A DNA stretch of 64,000 nt, taken from assembly GCA_964016885.1 (NCBI GenBank), contig OZ024742.1:329220001-329284000 (forward strand). The letters run 5' to 3'. Within the stretch, counting starts at the first letter, position 1. Every line of letters begins with the position of its first letter. Below are positions 12,313-26,097 of the stretch, piece after piece. The position numbers were made by a program, and so were the translations under genes. Source of the DNA: Eledone cirrhosa (Eukaryota). The notes under the pieces are model-generated. The model was not told where the DNA came from. It ran no database searches and saw only the letters and a list, made by a program, of their open reading frames with translations.

Positions 12313-13336
12313 TAATGATAGAAAGAGAGGTACTATGAACAAAAAAAAAAAAAGATTGGAAATGAGTGTGAGGAGTTATGAGGGGGAAATTTAACAGACT
12401 TTGCTGCACAGCATTTATTAGCTGAACTCCAGGGAGAACACATATCAATATCCGACGCATTAGTTATTTCACTTCGCGGAGCAATTTTCAGGCGTGACAC
12501 CCTCGTCTTGATTTGTCGAGGAAAACGGGCAATCCAGGTAGCCGGTTGTACATTAACGTTCTATCTACAAAATATATTCTTCTACTCAATAATGTTTATG
12601 TAAGATATTCACCCCACCCATTTTTATAGTCACTCTGTCACTCTTGTCATTGAGTAGACTTATAAGGAAAAAAAAAACATTCTAGCCATAGACATTCCAC
12701 TTTCCTCTTTGACTATGGAAGGTTGTTAGATGTGCGATATGTGGCTGCTATTTCTAGCATATTGAGCAAAGGCATACATGATTCTTACTTACCTTGTTAC
12801 AAACTTATGGAAATATATGACTCTTTCGCCCCATTCCTTGTCTCTCTATCTCTCTCTCTATTCTCATTAGTCCTTCCGTGACATAATCCTTGCAACAGTA
12901 ATATGTTTTGCCTGCATGTTAACATTAATTGCAATTGCTATTTAGATTGAAATTAACTGACACAATTAGGTATCAAACATTTTCGTTTTGGTCAGGGATA
13001 AATTGTTCTCATATATCTGATACACGTCATTTCTTTTTCCCTTTATATCGAAAAAGAAAATTTGAAATATTAGCAATAACAATAACTGAGTGCGTATCTT
13101 ATTATTAATATAGGGGTCCATTTACAATACGACTGGCTGTAATTATATTCAGCTGATCATATCAAAACAACTTGAATATCGATGTAAGAAGAGCGGATGC
13201 ATGCATTTCACTGTTGTTGCAGGTCAACAGCACCCTGTAAAGTCTAAATTTCGAGATAAGAAGCACAACATCGTCTTATATATTTTGTGAACTAACACTT
13301 TTTTGAAGGGTTATTTACATATAGTGGAAGCTTAAA

Positions 13337-13515
13337 CCGACCTGTCAACTTATCCCGTCCGACGGGGAGATCTCCCATCCACTTTGGGATGGGTGAGAGA
13401 TGTCTTCTCTTGTGAAAATAGGTAAAATCTCCCAATTTGGGTTAATTTCTTACCGTTTTGGGGTGCCCCTTGTCATGGTACTCCCCGGTTAGTTTTGTAG
13501 AGGGTGGCAGGTCTA
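13337..13515. mobile_element. MITE, hAT-like
   Basis: Terminal inverted words GACCTGTCAAC / GGGTGGCAGGTC around a GC-richer body; no clear TSD. Confidence 0.45.
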
Positions 13516-13846
13516 TTAACTGGCATATATTAATTAGTGATAGAACTAATAGAGTGGGTTTGAACATAAAGGTGTATAAGAATCGAAATGAAGTATGGTA
13601 CATGCATTACGTCACTGTGAATATGTTGCAGCTGCAACAACAGCAATGACAAGAGCAACTAATGCGTTTCATTGTCTTTACCTATCACAGCATTCACGGA
13701 TTTTCTCCAGAGAACTTAAGGATTTAAAAGGATATCAAATGTTTTTAAAGCAATCTATGTGACTAGCATTAATTCCGCTAACACTTATACAGTGTGATTT
13801 AAATTAGAGTCGTGTATGAACTCATTTACACCATATTTATATATAA

Positions 13847-14062
13847 TGGTTTCTGATTTAGGCACAGGGCCAGCAATTTGGGGGGAGGGGAAAGTCGATT
13901 AAATCGACCCCAGTGTGTTACTAGTTCTTTATTTTATCGACCTGGTAAGGATGAGAGGAAAAGTTGACCTCGGCGGGAATTGAACGCAAAACATAAAGAA
14001 CCGTAACTCTCTGCTACAAGCATGTTCTCCAGCGCTCAACCGATACTGCCAATCCACTGCTC
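13847..14062 (-). mobile_element. SINE family 1
   Basis: TTTTATCGACCTGGTAAGGATGAGAGGAAAAGTTGACCTCGGCGGGAATTGAAC...TACTGCCAATCC. Confidence 0.8.
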
Positions 14063-14849
14063 TATGTTTACTTATAATAAATGTACTTTTAATTACACCG
14101 TAAATAATTTAAACGACGATCCATATAGGTTCATATATGCCGTTCAACTGTGAAGCGATGCACAAAATATGAAAAAAAAGGGGATAGAATAGTCGAAACT
14201 AAGTTTTGGGGATATAAAATATCACAAACATATGGAAGTTCAATATAACGCATACACAAATTGAATTCTTCAGATTATTTCATACTTTTGCCTAGCATTC
14301 CCCACCACCCCAGTCTAAACATATCTGTTTCTCTGCGACTCACATAATTATGAACGAGCAACTTAGCAATAGAAATGCGGAACTACCGTTACGGTGTGCT
14401 CAGATCGTTAAATCCGATGTCACGGCAGCAACTCCGTATCGGTTCACTGCTTCTGTAACAGATATCCTCCACTGGGAGTCATCAAAACTGTTCAGTGACG
14501 CAGTAATCAAAGTGCTCAGAGATTCGCACACAGCACGATGGACAGAGTCCTTGTACATATAAGTGAATTTCGTCACTACAACTGGCATGAATCAGGTTAA
14601 AAATATACTTTAAAAGATGAAAAAAAAATATAAAGACAAAAGAGATGGAATGAGGTTTGATTTTCATGACAAACTGTATAAGTGAATTGAAACCAAGAAA
14701 TGAATACCAATGATATGAGTGCAAGGAGAGTAATGCCAATAATACCGTTTCGTCAATGGTTATAGTAATTTCATACTGCTGTCATTAATATCCAGTGGGA
14801 CAACATTGAATTTTTTCCGTCTGATAAATATGACGTATATACCCTTCAC

Positions 14850-15135
14850 ACATGGGTTTAGTCACTAGTGTGTTCAACTCACTTTCGTAACGTATTGAGT
14901 TCGAATCCCGACAGCGCGTTGTATTATTGAACTAGGCTCTTTATTTCACATCACGCTAGTCCACCTAAATGGAAATAATGAGTTTTAGACTCAGTTCAAA
15001 CGTCCATTCTTACTACACATTGTGTAACACTGAATCTCCTTGAGATTTATGTTAAATCACTTCCACATTAATTCTTCCACGAGTAGACTGTTTCGTTGGT
15101 GAAACAAATGTTACATTCTTCGCTGGATCGAACGT
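14850..15135 (+). mobile_element. SINE family 2 (decayed)
   Basis: B-box GAGTTCGAATCCCG and CACTGAATCTCC(T/C)TGAGA..TA(T/C)GTTAA shared with 26785-27085. Confidence 0.55.
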
Positions 15136-16869
15136 ATGTCCAACATAAACAGTTTTCAGATATCAAGGATTCATAAGGACTTTTAATTATTAAGTGGATG
15201 TGTAATTAATGTGCCTTTGGAGTGAACCCTGGTCTATTATAGGTAGCTTTCCAGTGTTGGAATTTCAAGTCAATGTTGAGTAGAAATGTGAATATTTCTC
15301 CCTGTGATAATACTTTAAAGTATGAGAGAGGCAGTATTTTGCTTTATTGTTTTTTTAACGACATACCACAGCAAATGAAGGAAAAGAAATGCCGATGTCA
15401 GAGGGAATGTAAACATTTGATGAAATTCTAACATTGAAAATGTTAGTAACACAACCGAAAACAATAAGTAATTGTTGATAGCTCTATATACTAATTGAAT
15501 GAATCGGATAAAATACCCTTGGTGACAGGAAAGGATGGGCAGAGATGCATATGAGAATTGAATCAAATTTCAGAGCAATAAAGTTGCACGACAATTGCTT
15601 GAATTAAACTTTCTAACCACCCACCCACATGTTATCTAAACCACGCTTTTTGATAATATGCAATCTAGTTCTCAACATAGAAATCAAGTCAAAACCTTTC
15701 TGGACCATAGACGCCCATCAGACTGGGTATAATAGAAGTTTCATGCGCCGTTAAAGGACTGAACGTACACATCTTGAGCAATTATTATTCTCAGCTGCCT
15801 CTGGGAAAATATTCACTCGAGTAAGCAGGGGTATCATGAAATAGAGAGCATTGCACCAAAACACAACGCGCCGCTTGGTCCGGTTGTTGAAACCATGATC
15901 TTACGATCATTGCATACGTGTTAATGCAATATATCATGTAACTACATACATTTTCAAAACAGAAAAGCATTTAAAAGAGAATCTGTGCAAAATTGATATT
16001 TAATTAACTTGATATTTAATTAACATATGCAAATTAAAATAATTCTGGTTAATCGAATAAATGACCCCGCCCCCATATTTATAAGTTATTATTTATAATT
16101 TATATTTAGCATAAAATTAAGTATTTACTTAATCTTTTCAAAATGAATTTATCTTTGAATATAAAAAAAAAGAAACTTAAAATCTTTTTCAAGGTGGGCG
16201 GCTCATCAAGACAGAGTTTCTCCGGGTTTCACTTGTATTAAGTGACTAAAGCTATACCTGGCACGCCTGAAAGTGTCGCCAATATATCGTAGGGCTAAAC
16301 CCTAGCTGCTGCTTTTGTATGAATTTTCAGCTGAATTGTCTGAAGCAACATGACATGATGTGTTTTTCTCAACAACACAACGAAGTTACCAAACCATTCT
16401 GATCATGACTCAAGCACATTCACCAGTAAGCTGCATGCATTCACAAATGATAATAGTCAGTAATTTATATTTATGTTAAAAATTCACATTTATACAAGTC
16501 ACTCCAATTTCAGATTCCTGTGGGTATTTTTATCCTTTATTTACTTTAGCATTAAACACCTAAAATAAGTAAATCTACATTCTAGATAAATTATATGTAA
16601 TGGTAAAGGAGGAGATATTGTTATTTTCCTTATTAGCTACATGAGGTTGATGGAATTGCAGAATCGTTACAGCACTGGGCAAAATGGTTTGCTCTTTGTA
16701 TTCCAGATCTATATGTTGTATAGGTTTCCTTTCATTTGTCCGTGGTCAATAAATTAAAGCAGCCATATAATAGACATTCCTCCCATCCCAGTTGCTGGTA
16801 CTCTGCCTACATTTTTAAACCGATGTTATTTTAGTTAGAGAGGTGGGTTTTTTGAATTAATAAAACGCC

Positions 16870-17413
16870 TAAATTCTAAAAATTGTGTTCCGGCTCTTGA
16901 AGTTCTTAGTTCAATTACGTTCGATGTAATTTGCCTATCATCCTTCCAGGGTCGAAACTAATAATGTACAAGTCAAGTACTAGTATTGAAATAATCGACT
17001 TTAACCTTCTCCTGAATTTCTGAGCTCGTGCCTAAAATAAAAACGATGATAATATCAAGTTGAGCCCCAATTCTCATGTACTTATTGTCAGCGTTCTTGG
17101 AGGCTGAACGTTGCCTTTTAAACCCAGCCAAACAAAAGGAAAAGAAAATGACTGAAGAAAGTATTCATCAAGTATTGGGGTCAGTTAAATCAACTTAACA
17201 ATATTGCTCACCTTGTACCTTAATTAAACACCAATTGGCAGTAACGGTATAGTGTCGGACGCCATGCTTTGAAGCATAGAGTTACCTCCCTTTATGATCT
17301 GAGTTCAAATCCCGCCGAGGTTAACTTTGTCTTTCATCCTTACGGGTCGATAAAATAAAGTACCAGTAATGCACTGGCAATTGCTGGTCTTGTGCCAAAA
17401 GTAGAAACAATTA
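16870..17413 (+). mobile_element. Cluster of SINE family 1 copies
   Basis: Decayed copy at 16870-17045 and a well-preserved copy at 17235-17413 with B-box and core. Confidence 0.75.
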
Positions 17414-18144
17414 TCAACTATATTAGCCTTGTAATTGATCCAATGACCTTGCCTCTCCCCATATGGTCCTAGTTGTAACAATTGTATGCTGTATGACCCG
17501 ACGTTTGAATCTAGTTAATTTGAATTAATTGACAATTATCAAAAGAGAAAAACTCATACGAGATAATTCAAATCATGGATATCAATATTGAAGTGGTAAG
17601 TTTTTATGTAACGTATGTGTACTTAGTGTTCTTTGCGGTATGGTTTCGAACGATGGAATATATATTCAAGTCTTAACAAAACAGGAAATATTTGAATATA
17701 CATTTCATCGGTATGAAAGTGTTAGAGTTAGGGAAAATAATAAGCTTGATGTAAATCCAGTGTGACAACTACCATGGTTAAACTATAATAAATATTTGGA
17801 AGACTACATGATTCTCAAGAATTTCGTCATATATTCTGAAGAAGTAAAATGAAGAGTGCGATCCTAACTGCGATTTACTGATTTACTGTAAGAGCAGTCG
17901 GATCGCGTGCTATATTGATTATTGAAAAATGTGAATGGTTTCGAATGACAGAACAGCCTAGCGGACAAAAATCATCAGAACTGTCATTATCACGGAACAT
18001 AAGAATTGTTAATGAAGAAAGGAGACATTATCTAAACAAGATGTACATCGGAATTTAGTGGTTTCTCTCGAGTAGCTCCTGTTATTAATGGCTGAGGGAT
18101 TGACAAGTACGAGGTATATAAATGAGGAAAGGAACATATATATT

Positions 18145-18332
18145 AACATCAGCTTCATCATCATCATCATCATCAACATCATTAATATCATCATCATCAG
18201 CATAGTCATCATCAATATCATCATAAATATCATCATCATCATCCACACCATCACGACAAAAACAACACCATCCCCACCACCATTACTACTACCACTATCA
18301 CTATCATCATAATTATCGCAGCTAGCATTATT

Positions 18333-18366
<34 letters not shown>

Positions 18367-18405
18367 GCATCACCCTTATCATTAACATCATCATCACCAT
18401 CATGA
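18145..18405. repeat. (CAT)n microsatellite region
   Basis: Visible ATC/CAT runs. Confidence 0.9.
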
Positions 18406-18582
18406 CGTTCAGCAATCAAATCAAGATACCAATCGTTTCAAGTTACAACAGTTAAAATCATTCAAGAAGTGTTGATAATAAATCATAACGTGTGAATAAA
18501 CCGTGCTTAAATACACATTTATCTCTTTCTCTCTTTGTCTCTCTACTCTCCATCTCTAAATCTTTTATATATATATATATAC

Positions 18583-18644
<62 letters not shown>

Positions 18645-18646
<2 letters not shown>

Positions 18647-18833
18647 CGAAGGAAATGTGGTAAGGAACCAGGTGGACCATAACGCACCAAAGTACTCAAT
18701 ACTTAGGGTAGTAGAGTGGGTAATAGGAACAAGTAAGACCCCGACGGCTGAGCTCAAGCCGTTTCGACGGCTAATTCTGGACTGAATTAGCCGTCGATAC
18801 GGCTTGAGCTCAGCCATCGGGGTCTTACTTGTT

Positions 18834-18838
<5 letters not shown>
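18645..18838 (-). mobile_element. Fold-back mini-element family B copy 1 (hammerhead 3' half) in (TA)n
   Basis: Inverted arms 18723-18777/18784-18838. Contains GAAA-CGGCT(TGAGCTC)AGCCG-TC-GGGGTC. Same element at 29704-29920. Confidence 0.75.
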
Positions 18839-19172
<334 letters not shown>

Positions 19173-19710
19173 ATGTGTTTTGCAACAAGTCACTTTGTGG
19201 CTCAATGAAGAATTAATAAATTAAATAATCAGAGCTATATAGCATAAAACATGTCTATAGAATCACCAAATAAAATATATACCGTTTCCTCTCCCAATTA
19301 GCATAATTAACCATATAAAAAATCAATTAGACCAAGCTATAAGAATAAAGGCTCCTATGAAGAAATCTCCGACAAATAACCGAAAGCAGCCCCTTCGCGG
19401 CGGTTACGACGGATCATTTATCGAATATTTCGACAGCATGTATAAATCGACCAGATATACAGTCAACTAAACAGAATTAGGTGTAAAATAAACTAGAAGA
19501 AAAGTGAACATATTTAAATGTGTTCGATAAATGATCTGTCGCAACCGCTGCGAAGGGGCTGCTTACGGTTATTTGTCGGAGATTTCTTCATAGGAGCCTT
19601 TATTCTTATAACTTGGTCTAATTGATTTTTCATATGGTTAATTATGCTAATTGGGAGAGGAAACGGTATATATTTTATCTGCTGATTCTATAGACATGTT
19701 TTATGATAAA
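19173..19710. mobile_element. Asymmetric fold-back element in (TA)n, family J
   Basis: About 190-bp inverted arms (19238-19430/19516-19710) around an ~85-bp spacer, with (TA)n on both sides. Confidence 0.75.
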
Positions 19711-19730
19711 TATATATATATATATAATAT

Positions 19731-20895
19731 ATAATAAAATAAGTCCCTCATCAGTGATTTGCCGAAGATCATAGATATTTCATTGCATTAAAAATCATAT
19801 ATCTCACTTCGGTGCAATAATAACCAAAATAAGTTATTAGGACAATTAAAACGCGTAAAGCGAGTGAGACAGGAGAACAACAGAAAATATAGCATACCGT
19901 AGGGGAGAAACAAGCTTCAAAAATTATTCTGTTTAGCATAAGCTAGGTGAATATATGAGCGCTTAGAGAATAGTACCAACACGAACGAAGGCTATTGAGC
20001 AGAGAGAGAAAAAATAGCGTTCGTGAGTGCAGGATGAAATGAAGAGAAGAGGGAGAAAAACAGTGAGTGAGTGAAAGTGTGAGGAAGAGTTAACGGACAA
20101 GACAGAGGGGGAGAAACAGAGAGAATGGGGGAACAGTAAGAGAGAGAGAAAAAAACACAGAATCGCAGTGGTAAATATATGTATTAAAATATAGAGAAAA
20201 ATACTGCAGGTAGCACATGGTAACATGTAATAAAATAAGTCCCTCATGAGTGATTTGCCGAAGATCATAGATATTTCATTGCATTAAAAATCATATATCT
20301 CACTTCGGTGCAATAATAACCAAAATAAGTTATTAGGACAATTAAAACGCGTAAAGCGAGTGAGACATGTTACCATGTGCTACCTGCAGTATTTTTCTCT
20401 ATATTTTAATACATATATTTACCACTGCGATTCTGTGTTTTTTTCTCTCTCTCTTACTGTTCCCCCATTCTCTCTGTTTCTCCCCCTCTGTCTTGTCCGT
20501 TAACTCTTCCTCACACTTTCACTCACTCACTGTTTTTCTCCCTCTTCTCTTCATTTCATCCTGCACTCACGAACGCTATTTTTTCTCTCTCTGCTCAATA
20601 GCCTTCGTTCGTGTTGGTACTATTCTCTAAGCGCTCATATATTCACCTAGCTTATGCTAAACAGAATAATTTTTGAAGCTTGTTTCTCCCCTACGGTATG
20701 CTATATTTTCTGTTGTTCTCCTGTCTCACTCGCTTTACGCGTTTTAATTGTCCTAATAACTTATTTTGGTTATTATTGCACCGAAGTGAGATATATGATT
20801 TTTAATGCAATGAAATATCTATGATCTTCGGCAAATCACTGATGAGGGACTTATTTTATTACATGTTACCATGTGCTACCTGCAGTATTTTTCTC

Positions 20896-20900
<5 letters not shown>
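19731..20900. mobile_element. Family C: 496-bp monomer in tandem plus inversion, in (TA)n
   Basis: AAGTCCCTCA recurs at 19741 and 20237 (period 496). 19732-20367 is the reverse complement of the unit read at 20366-20900. A diverged single monomer lies at 60757-61254. Confidence 0.8.
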
Positions 20901-20978
<78 letters not shown>

Positions 20979-20984
20979 TGTCTG

Positions 20985-21094
<110 letters not shown>

Positions 21095-21189
21095 AATACT
21101 ATATATGTATTACATATGTATTATATATATATATACACACACACACACATATATATATAATATATTTATATAACTTTCATAACTTTGAT

Positions 21190-24100
21190 ATGTTTCGGAC
21201 AGTATTGGCCCAGGCCATATCTAACTTAATAACACCACCTGGCGAAGTCTTACAAATCAGTGTTTGGGCACCATGGCCCACTCGAGCAGAGAGTTATGGT
21301 GGCATATCCGGGTGCAGGAGGATTATCCGGGATTTCTTGAAGGAATTTATCCAAAGTCTTCTTGAACTTGATGTGGTCTGTCTCTTCTTTGATGTGTTTT
21401 GGTGTAATGTTAAAGAGTGCAGGGCCAATTGAGGTGAAATAATTGTGCCGTATTGTTGTTATAAGATGCGAGTGAGATTTTTGTTGTGGGTGGATAGCAC
21501 GGGGCCCAAGTCTTGGGTTTACATTAAAGGTGATGCCAACATCATTTGGGAAAAGCTGAGGGAATATTTTCCACATCATGCAGATAATGTAGCGCTCATG
21601 ACGACGTTGGAGAGAATAAAGGTTGAGCCTTTCTAATCGACTCCAATAGTCAAGGCCTGTCATGCCATCTATAATTTTTGTAATCGATCATCGGGGTGCT
21701 TCAACTTTCATGATACTTTGTTTCGTGTGGGGAGACCACAGTATTCAAGGTGGGGTCGGGCAAATGTGGAGAAGAGAAGGATAACAGTGTGGATATCTCT
21801 CGACTGGAAGGTTGTGAGAATCCAGGAACACATTCTGCGGGCCATGTTAACTTTGCTGTTTATATGAGTGGCCCAGCTTATGTTGTTGTCCACAATTACT
21901 CCCAGATCTCTGATTCTGTTGTATCCCACTAGAGTTTCACGCGAAGGAAGAGAGTATGGTAGTTTCAGGGCATCCTTTTTTCCAAATTGGATTAATTCGA
22001 ACTTATCCTCATTCAGCAACATATTCTTGTCTGCCCATTGGATAACAGACAGTAGGTCTGATTGAAGGCTAGTTCGGTCACCCAACTCATTGATGAGCAT
22101 TTGGAGCTTGGAATCATCTGCAAAGATTCTTGTGTTGCTGTGATTGATGATGTCAGTAATGTCATTAATGTAGATGATGAAAAGAAGTGAGCCCAACACA
22201 GTGCAGGGCTTCATTTTTCTCCTTCGACAACAACATGTTGGGGTCTGTCTGTCAGGAAACATTTGATCCAGTGTAGTAACTTTCCGGAGACACCAATATT
22301 GGATACTTTTGTCAGTAGAATCTTATGATCAACCCTGTCAAAGGCCTTGCTGAAATCAAGGTAAATGACATCAGTGTTAGAGCCCTCTCCCAAAGCTCTC
22401 AAAACATCGTCAAAGTGATGCAAGTGCTGCGTTAGGCAGTCCCTTCCATTACGGAACCCATGATGGTTGAAGTTCAGCAGGCCGTTCCTTTCAAGAAAGT
22501 GGGTTATTCCTGATCTCACCACCCTCTCAAATGCCTTGATAATATGAGAGGTGAGTAAGATCGAACGGTAGTTCGCTGTAAGGGACTTATTTGCCTTTTT
22601 GAAGATTGGGACAACGGACTGGGACAGAAAACTTTCAGGGATATAGCCGGTGTCCAGTGAGTTCCCCCCACAGATTAGCAAGAGGAAATGCAAGTTGGTG
22701 TCGACACACCTTCAGGACACAAGCAGGGAACCTGTCGGGGACTACTGCTGAATGGTGTTTAATTTCGTTTATTGCCGCTAATACATCAGCGGCGCCAAAC
22801 GTTATGTCCGATATAGTGTGTTGGGGTTAACATCATTGATACGCCCCAGATCGGCCATATCAGGATTGCTGAAAACAGAGCAGTATTGTTTCTGCAGTAT
22901 CTCGCCCATGGTTTTGGCCAGTAACCTTGTTTTTTAACAAATGAAAAGAATACTTTGGGGTTGAGTTTGATTTTCTCCATGGCCCACTCCTCTTCAGCTC
23001 TTCTCTGGTTATTGATGATGGTCTTCATGCATTATTAGAGGTTATTTTTTTTATACAAGCAGTGCGATAGCCGTCGAATGTGTGTGTTGCTGTTGGCAGT
23101 ATTTTAATGTGTTAATTTTTTTATTGTTCTTTTTATTTTTCGGATAATTGTTTTTCTGTTTTGGGGGATACTGCACTTAGTTTTGTTCACAGCTTTTGTT
23201 GGGGCGTGTTTTGTATATATATTTGGGACAGTGTCTACAAAGATCTGCCAAAATATGTTGATGTTGGTGGAAGTGTGTGAGTGTGTAAAAGACCAGTCAA
23301 CATGTGATAGTTCGTTCATAATTGCATCCCAGCTGGCATTGTAGAGATCCATGTTATCAAATGAGTGTGCTGGAAAGAGGTCCCTAGGATTAGCTTTCGG
23401 CTGGTGGAATCTCAGGTTACAAAGAATGTCATGGTCTGAGAGAAGGGATTTTTCCACTGTAATAGCATGTATAGTGTTAGTGCGGTTACTAAGCACTAGA
23501 TCCATAATGTTCTTCTGATGCCTTGTTGGTGCAACGACAAGTTGGGACAAGAAAAACTTAAGACTCGACTGCTTCTTTGTCAGTGCTTGAGTTTGGAGTG
23601 CCTGATTTCAAACTGTTTGTAGACCAATCGACACAGGTTATATTAAACTCTTTCATCAAATGTATGTTGCTAGATTTGCACTGTTTAATAAAGCATTTAA
23701 TGCTGTTGAGGCATTCTTTGAATCAGATTATGGGTGTTTGTGGTGGCCTATAGAACCCAACTAATATCAGGTCATTGGCTTTGTTGTCCACAGTGACTGA
23801 TTCACAGTAGCCATTGGAGAATGTTGTGTTACCATCTGCTGTAAAGGAATCATGCAGGAAAATGGGAGTTCCACCCTTCCTTCTGCCAACACGATCCGCG
23901 CGGATGGTTGTGAAATTCCTCACTCTTAATTCGTACTCCAAGTGGGAGTTGTCAAGGTGGGTCTCAGTAAGAATGAAGAAGGGGATGTGAAATGGATGGT
24001 TACCAACCCACGTGTGGGCAGCATGCTTTGGTGTTGGCTGGCAGTGTTAGTGCGTCTAGCACCGGGTAAATGGGTAAATATGCAGTCGCTATGTGTGCAT

Positions 24101-24600
24101 AGCCTCTGACGTAGTGAGTAGCGGTATATTTTGGGGTTTCTAGTTTGTGTAGTGTGGGGGGTGGGGTGCATACAACTCCATAGATATTTTAAAACGTTAT
24201 TTTGAGTACAGCATGAGTGTGGTGGTGATGTGGGGGAAGAAAGCAGTGCCTTTTCATTGACACTAGTTGACATGGTAGAATACGATAGCGGCAGTGGTGG
24301 TGACGATGATGATGATGTCAGCTGTGATGGAGGCGGTGAGCGTGGTGGGAGGGAAAGCAGTGGTCCATTTCTAGCAGTTGATGTGGCAGAAATGATGACG
24401 GTGGTGATGATGATGACAATAAGGATGTCTGAGAAAGTGGTGGAGAGATACTGTTGTTCAGTAACTCAGTTATTATGCTCGAATTCAGTAGTGGTGGCTC
24501 CTAATTTTCTGGCTGTTGTTGTTATTTTCGCTGTTGTTGTTGTTGTTGTGGCTGTTGTTGTGTTTGACCATTATAGTAAAAATGGTTTTGAATTAGTTTG
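21190..24600 (-). mobile_element. Decayed CR1-group LINE (APE endonuclease plus RT)
   Basis: APE motifs (RADRVGRRKGG, GFYRPP, DLVLS, LSDH), RT motifs (NYRSILLTS, HGFRNGRDC, YLDFSKAFDRVDH, FADD, DLGV) and C-terminal YWSRLERLNLYSLQRR. Many frameshifts. Confidence 0.9.
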
Positions 24601-24879
24601 AAAGAGACTTCGACTTGTTTTAGTTTGTTGTGTATCTGCTTAGCAGACCTCGTGGTGAATGTTTGAGCTGTTTTTTCAGCAATCTCATTCAGACACGAAA
24701 CGTTAAGGTTTATTGCTTGGGACAGAGAAAACCATGTGTTTATTAACAGGTCAATTTCATTATCAGACCAATTTCGTCTGTTTTAGGCTTGCTGGTCAGT
24801 AGTCATTTTTTTTTTTTTCGTTTTCCTTGTGTATGATTTCAGATATTTGATATTTAATATTTGATATGTGAGTGAGCAT

Positions 24880-25230
24880 TTGGTTATTTGAAGACATTAG
24901 AGAAGCCTGTATATATATATTCTCTCTTATGGATGTGAGTTTTTGTTATTTGAGATTTGGTTATTTGGTTGTTTGAAGATATTCAAGGAAAAACTAGTGT
25001 ATATAATAATTTGTAGTTAGTAAAACGTTCTTGCGAGTTTGTAGGAAAAGCACGTGTATTTGTATGTACTTTTTCCTATGTGGATGAGCCTTTGGTTATT
25101 TTGTTGTTTGGGGTTATTAAAAGTTTTTGGTTATTTGGTTGTCTGAAGATATTAAGAGTAAAACGAGAGTAATTAATAATCTGTAGTTCAGAAAACGTAC
25201 ATATGAGTTTGTAGGAAAAGCACGTGGTTA
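24880..25230. repeat. Short tandem repeat, ~170-bp period
   Basis: TTTGTAGGAAAAGCACGTG at 25038 and 25208; TTGGTTATTTG..GAAGA recurs. Confidence 0.7.
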
Positions 25231-25233
25231 CAA

Positions 25234-25264
<31 letters not shown>

Positions 25265-25280
25265 CATATATGTATGTATG

Positions 25281-25394
<114 letters not shown>

Positions 25395-25410
25395 CATATA
25401 TGTATGTATG

Positions 25411-26097
<687 letters not shown>

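Noticed and set aside
19963-20630. Duplicated hydrophobic [13 protein letters not shown]...
   Set aside because: Pyrimidine-rich part of the family C repeat; the frame is not conserved in the 60757 copy.
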